The notes under the pieces were generated by a model, which saw only the letters and a program-made list of their open reading frames with translations, was not told the origin of the DNA and searched no databases. Of a DNA stretch of 64,000 bases, positions 61,038 through 64,000 are shown piece after piece. The DNA comes from Antedon mediterranea. Lineage: Eukaryota > Animalia > Echinodermata. The stretch spans positions 3,286,001 through 3,350,000 of the forward strand of contig NC_092680.1 in the NCBI RefSeq assembly GCF_964355755.1. Direction: 5' to 3'. The position numbers and the translations under genes are program-made. The first letter of the stretch is position 1. Each line of letters begins with the position of its first letter.

Positions 61038-62629
61038 ATTGAAGATGAGTATCATTTCACTTTAGTTTGTCCCTTTTATTCAGATATTAGAACTAAATAT
61101 ATTTTCATTTTATACAAATAACCACTCTAAATTAAAATATATTTATCTTATGTCTACAAATATCTCATTACTAAGCTTGGAAAATATATATATTTTTTTT
61201 CATTTTAACGTAGTAGAACAGAATTCTTAAACGCACTCTAATGTTATTGATTGAATTGTTACATTTGTATATTATTTGGGCCAAAGGCCATATAAATAAC
61301 TATTTTCTTGGATCATTCCAAGAAAGAAAGTATACATAAATATATTTACCCTTCAAATTGTACTGCTGTACTTTTTTGGTTGGTTTATAGCCTTGTTGGT
61401 TGTATTCAAGTAAACTGGAAATCACCTGCAATTGTGTATGAAAAAAATTGAAGGAAAATTAAAAAATATAGGATATTTAGTTTAAGGAAACGGAGACAGA
61501 CTAAAACAGCATGGATTAGTTTGCTTTATTATTAGATTAGTAGGCTAGCCTAGGCTTAGGATATGTTAAAATAGCAGCCATGCATGTCATCACGACACTA
61601 GCTAGAGTAGTGATAATACAACATGCAGAACAGTAGTACTACTGTAGCTAGTTTGGGCCTACAACTACTAGAGGCCTAGGGCTAGACTTTAGAGGCCTAG
61701 CCTAGTAGGCCAAAATAACAAAAGTGATCATGAATGAATGGAAATAAATCTCGTTTGTGTGGTAATGACATGTAGGCTAATAATAGGTTAATAATATAGT
61801 ATTGTTGGGCTTTGTTTCTAGCCTACTATAGGCTAGTACTATGTAGAGGCCAATAAGACAATTTGCGGTCGTACACAGCCATGTAATCAATCAGCTAGCA
61901 AGGTGGGGCAAGCCAAAAGGCTGAAGCGCCTAGCTTACTAGCCAGCAGCGAGCGGCGAGGCCTCCATTTTGTTGTCGATCTTTGATCATAGTTTGTAGGC
62001 CTATGCCTATAGTAATAAGAGATAATAATAGACATATATGTCAGGCCTACCTTTTATAAAACAGCAAGATTTGTGCCTCATCCTTAATTTGATGCGATTA
62101 GCCAATAATACCCATTCTAGACCTGGCATCTCTGTGCTGCGTGATCGCCGATTTTGCCGCCGAGCTACACTGGCACAAAAACAAAGGGAGCCGTTTTTGG
62201 CTGTTGGCTTGCAGTTTTCTGATTGGTTGTTTACGGTCTGCCGGCCTATACGACGCATGCTCCATTATTTTCAAAAAGTTGTGCAGTATTTCTTATTTCT
62301 TTACTCGATTTTATTTGATTTAATTTAAATAATTGTTTGTTGCAATAATATAGGATTACAAATAATAATATTAATTATATTTTGAATGGTAATTCGGACC
62401 ATGCTTCTATTCCCGTCACCTCAACCCAGAACACCCCCCCCCCACCTCTCCCCTGGGTCCTCTCCCGTACTCCCACGACGTACACCCAGCCATCCGCTTT
62501 CGCTCTTCTCCGAATTCCCTTGGTTGTTAGGAAAAAAACTAGTTGCAAAACCAATTGAAACAACCAGTTGCCTGGTTGAAAAACCGATTGGACCAGTTGA
62601 CTAGTTGAACTCAGTTGAGCTTTGGGAAT

Positions 62630-62935
62630 ACCAGTTGGCCAGTTGGAAAAACCAGTTGACCTGTTGAAAAACCAGTTGACCAGTTTGAAAAACCAGTTGA
62701 CCAGTTTGAAAAACCAGTTGACCAGTTGAAAAACCAGTTGACCAGTTTGAAAAACCAGTTGACCAGTTGAAAAACCAGTTGACCAGTTGAAAAACCAGTT
62801 GACCAGTTGGAAAAACCAGTTGACCAGTTGGAAAAACCAGTTAGACCAGTTGAAAAACCAGTTGACCAGTTGTTAAAACCAGTTGAACCAGTTGGAAACC
62901 AGTTAGACCAGTTGAAGACCAGTTGGACCAGTTGA
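62630..62935. repeat. 18-19-bp tandem array (GAAAAACCAGTTGACCAGTT)n in the transposon subterminus
   Basis: About 15 direct units built from the CCAGTTG motif of the TIR. Confidence 0.9.
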
Positions 62936-64000
62936 AATTTCCAACTGTTCTCAACTGGAATTTTTACCTGGGTAATTGGTTTGTATATGCAAATGCTTGA
63001 CTTGTTCTACAGCGAACGACTTGCCGATGTATTCCATGCTATATTGAAAGACACCAATCATCCTCTTCATGGCGACATTATCAGCTCCGTTTTGCATTCG
63101 CTATTATAACGTTTTGATGCAAACGTTGTTCGATTGGAACATGTATTTATACACATAAACGTTTTAGAAAAACCAAACCTAAAAACACGCAAAGTCAAAC
63201 GCTGTGTTTTCTGGGAACAAAATGGTACAGATTCATTGACAAAATTATAGTGTTTATTTGTTTTACTGATTACCTAATAATCAGTATGTGATAGATCTTA
63301 TTAAATGTAGGCCTACTACTGTCATCTTTATTAAATGTACTACTGACGTGTTATCGTTAGATAAATTATATGTTTTATTTGTAACTGGAATAAAAACTAA
63401 TTTCTTTATATACTTTTTGTATCTATAAATCCGTACAAATTATTCAATATCCACCTTAGGGAATCCACCTAATATATTAGGGAAGGATACCTAAAAATTA
63501 TATAGAAATAAAGAGCCATAATTATACTGTATTAACTTGAAAACTGAAATTAATTCTACAGCATGCAGGGCGTAGTTGTTTTCCCTTTGTTGCTGAAACA
63601 TAATGCACTAAACAAAAGAACAAAAGCAGCAGTATTTTAACACATTAAAAAAACACTCAATTAATAAATGGGACCCCTATTTTCCCATCTTTTTATAATG
63701 GTATAGTCCATACAAGTCGAGGTGGCCGAAAACGGCACCTGATCCTGTTTTTTAATTGGTATATTAAACATATAATTTCATGGTTGAAAAAATGCCTCAA
63801 AAGTCATATTATTGTAGTAGAAATTCACAAAATTTACAGCATTCATTTCGACGTGTTTAATGTCTTTTCGTATGTTAATACACTGTGCTCAAGTGGACCG
63901 AACTTGGAGCCAGTGGAGCACAGTAGTGATAAAATAGAAATAAGTCACTGAATTTTAATATGTTTTCGTATTAAGCATATTTGAATACCTACCGGTATGG

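Larger units (their letters stand above)
59455..62972. mobile_element. 3.5-kb non-autonomous DNA transposon with CCCAG termini and TA TSD (CMC/EnSpm-like, tentative)
   Basis: 22-bp perfect [27 protein letters not shown] on both sides; single TA at the empty site 58458-58459. CCAGTTG subterminal repeats at both ends. No transposase ORF. Confidence 0.9.
58214..63711. repeat. ~1-kb tandem duplication: copy 1 58214-~59206; copy 2 59216-59454 plus 62975-63711, split by a transposon
   Basis: Near-identical sequence from GTGTTTGAC to GGTATAGTCCATA in both copies. Confidence 0.93.

Overview
AT-rich, intron-containing invertebrate animal genomic DNA; not prokaryotic, and most short ORFs in the track are exon fragments or noise. 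Eight protein-coding genes were assembled by hand across GT-AG introns: EndoU (3' part, +), GNL2 (-), an unrecognised 6-exon 373-aa gene with two PPSY motifs and a tandem PUB-like/TTC28-C-terminus-like module (-), SPSB3-like (+, single coding exon), eIF3h (-) head-to-head with UTP23 (+), and a discoidin(F5/8C)-GPS-7TM adhesion GPCR (-) head-to-head with cytoplasmic AsnRS/NARS1 (+). Two tandem tRNA-Asp(GTC) genes lie upstream of GNL2. The non-coding DNA holds many mobile elements: about 15 copies of one Harbinger-type MITE, other MITE families, Deu/Nin-domain tRNA SINEs, a Helentron-like hairpin array, a 2.7-kb palindromic 24-bp minisatellite, and a four-level nest of elements whose empty site is preserved in a tandem duplication. 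Best leads: 17-31 bp CAGGGAGTTG palindromes with 7-bp target duplications (P-type excision footprints), the orphan PPxY/PUB-like gene, a GPCR splice acceptor amplified into a 56-bp array, and satellite birth from transposon subterminal repeats. All calls come from manual reading; coordinates marked ~ are approximate and no database searches were run.
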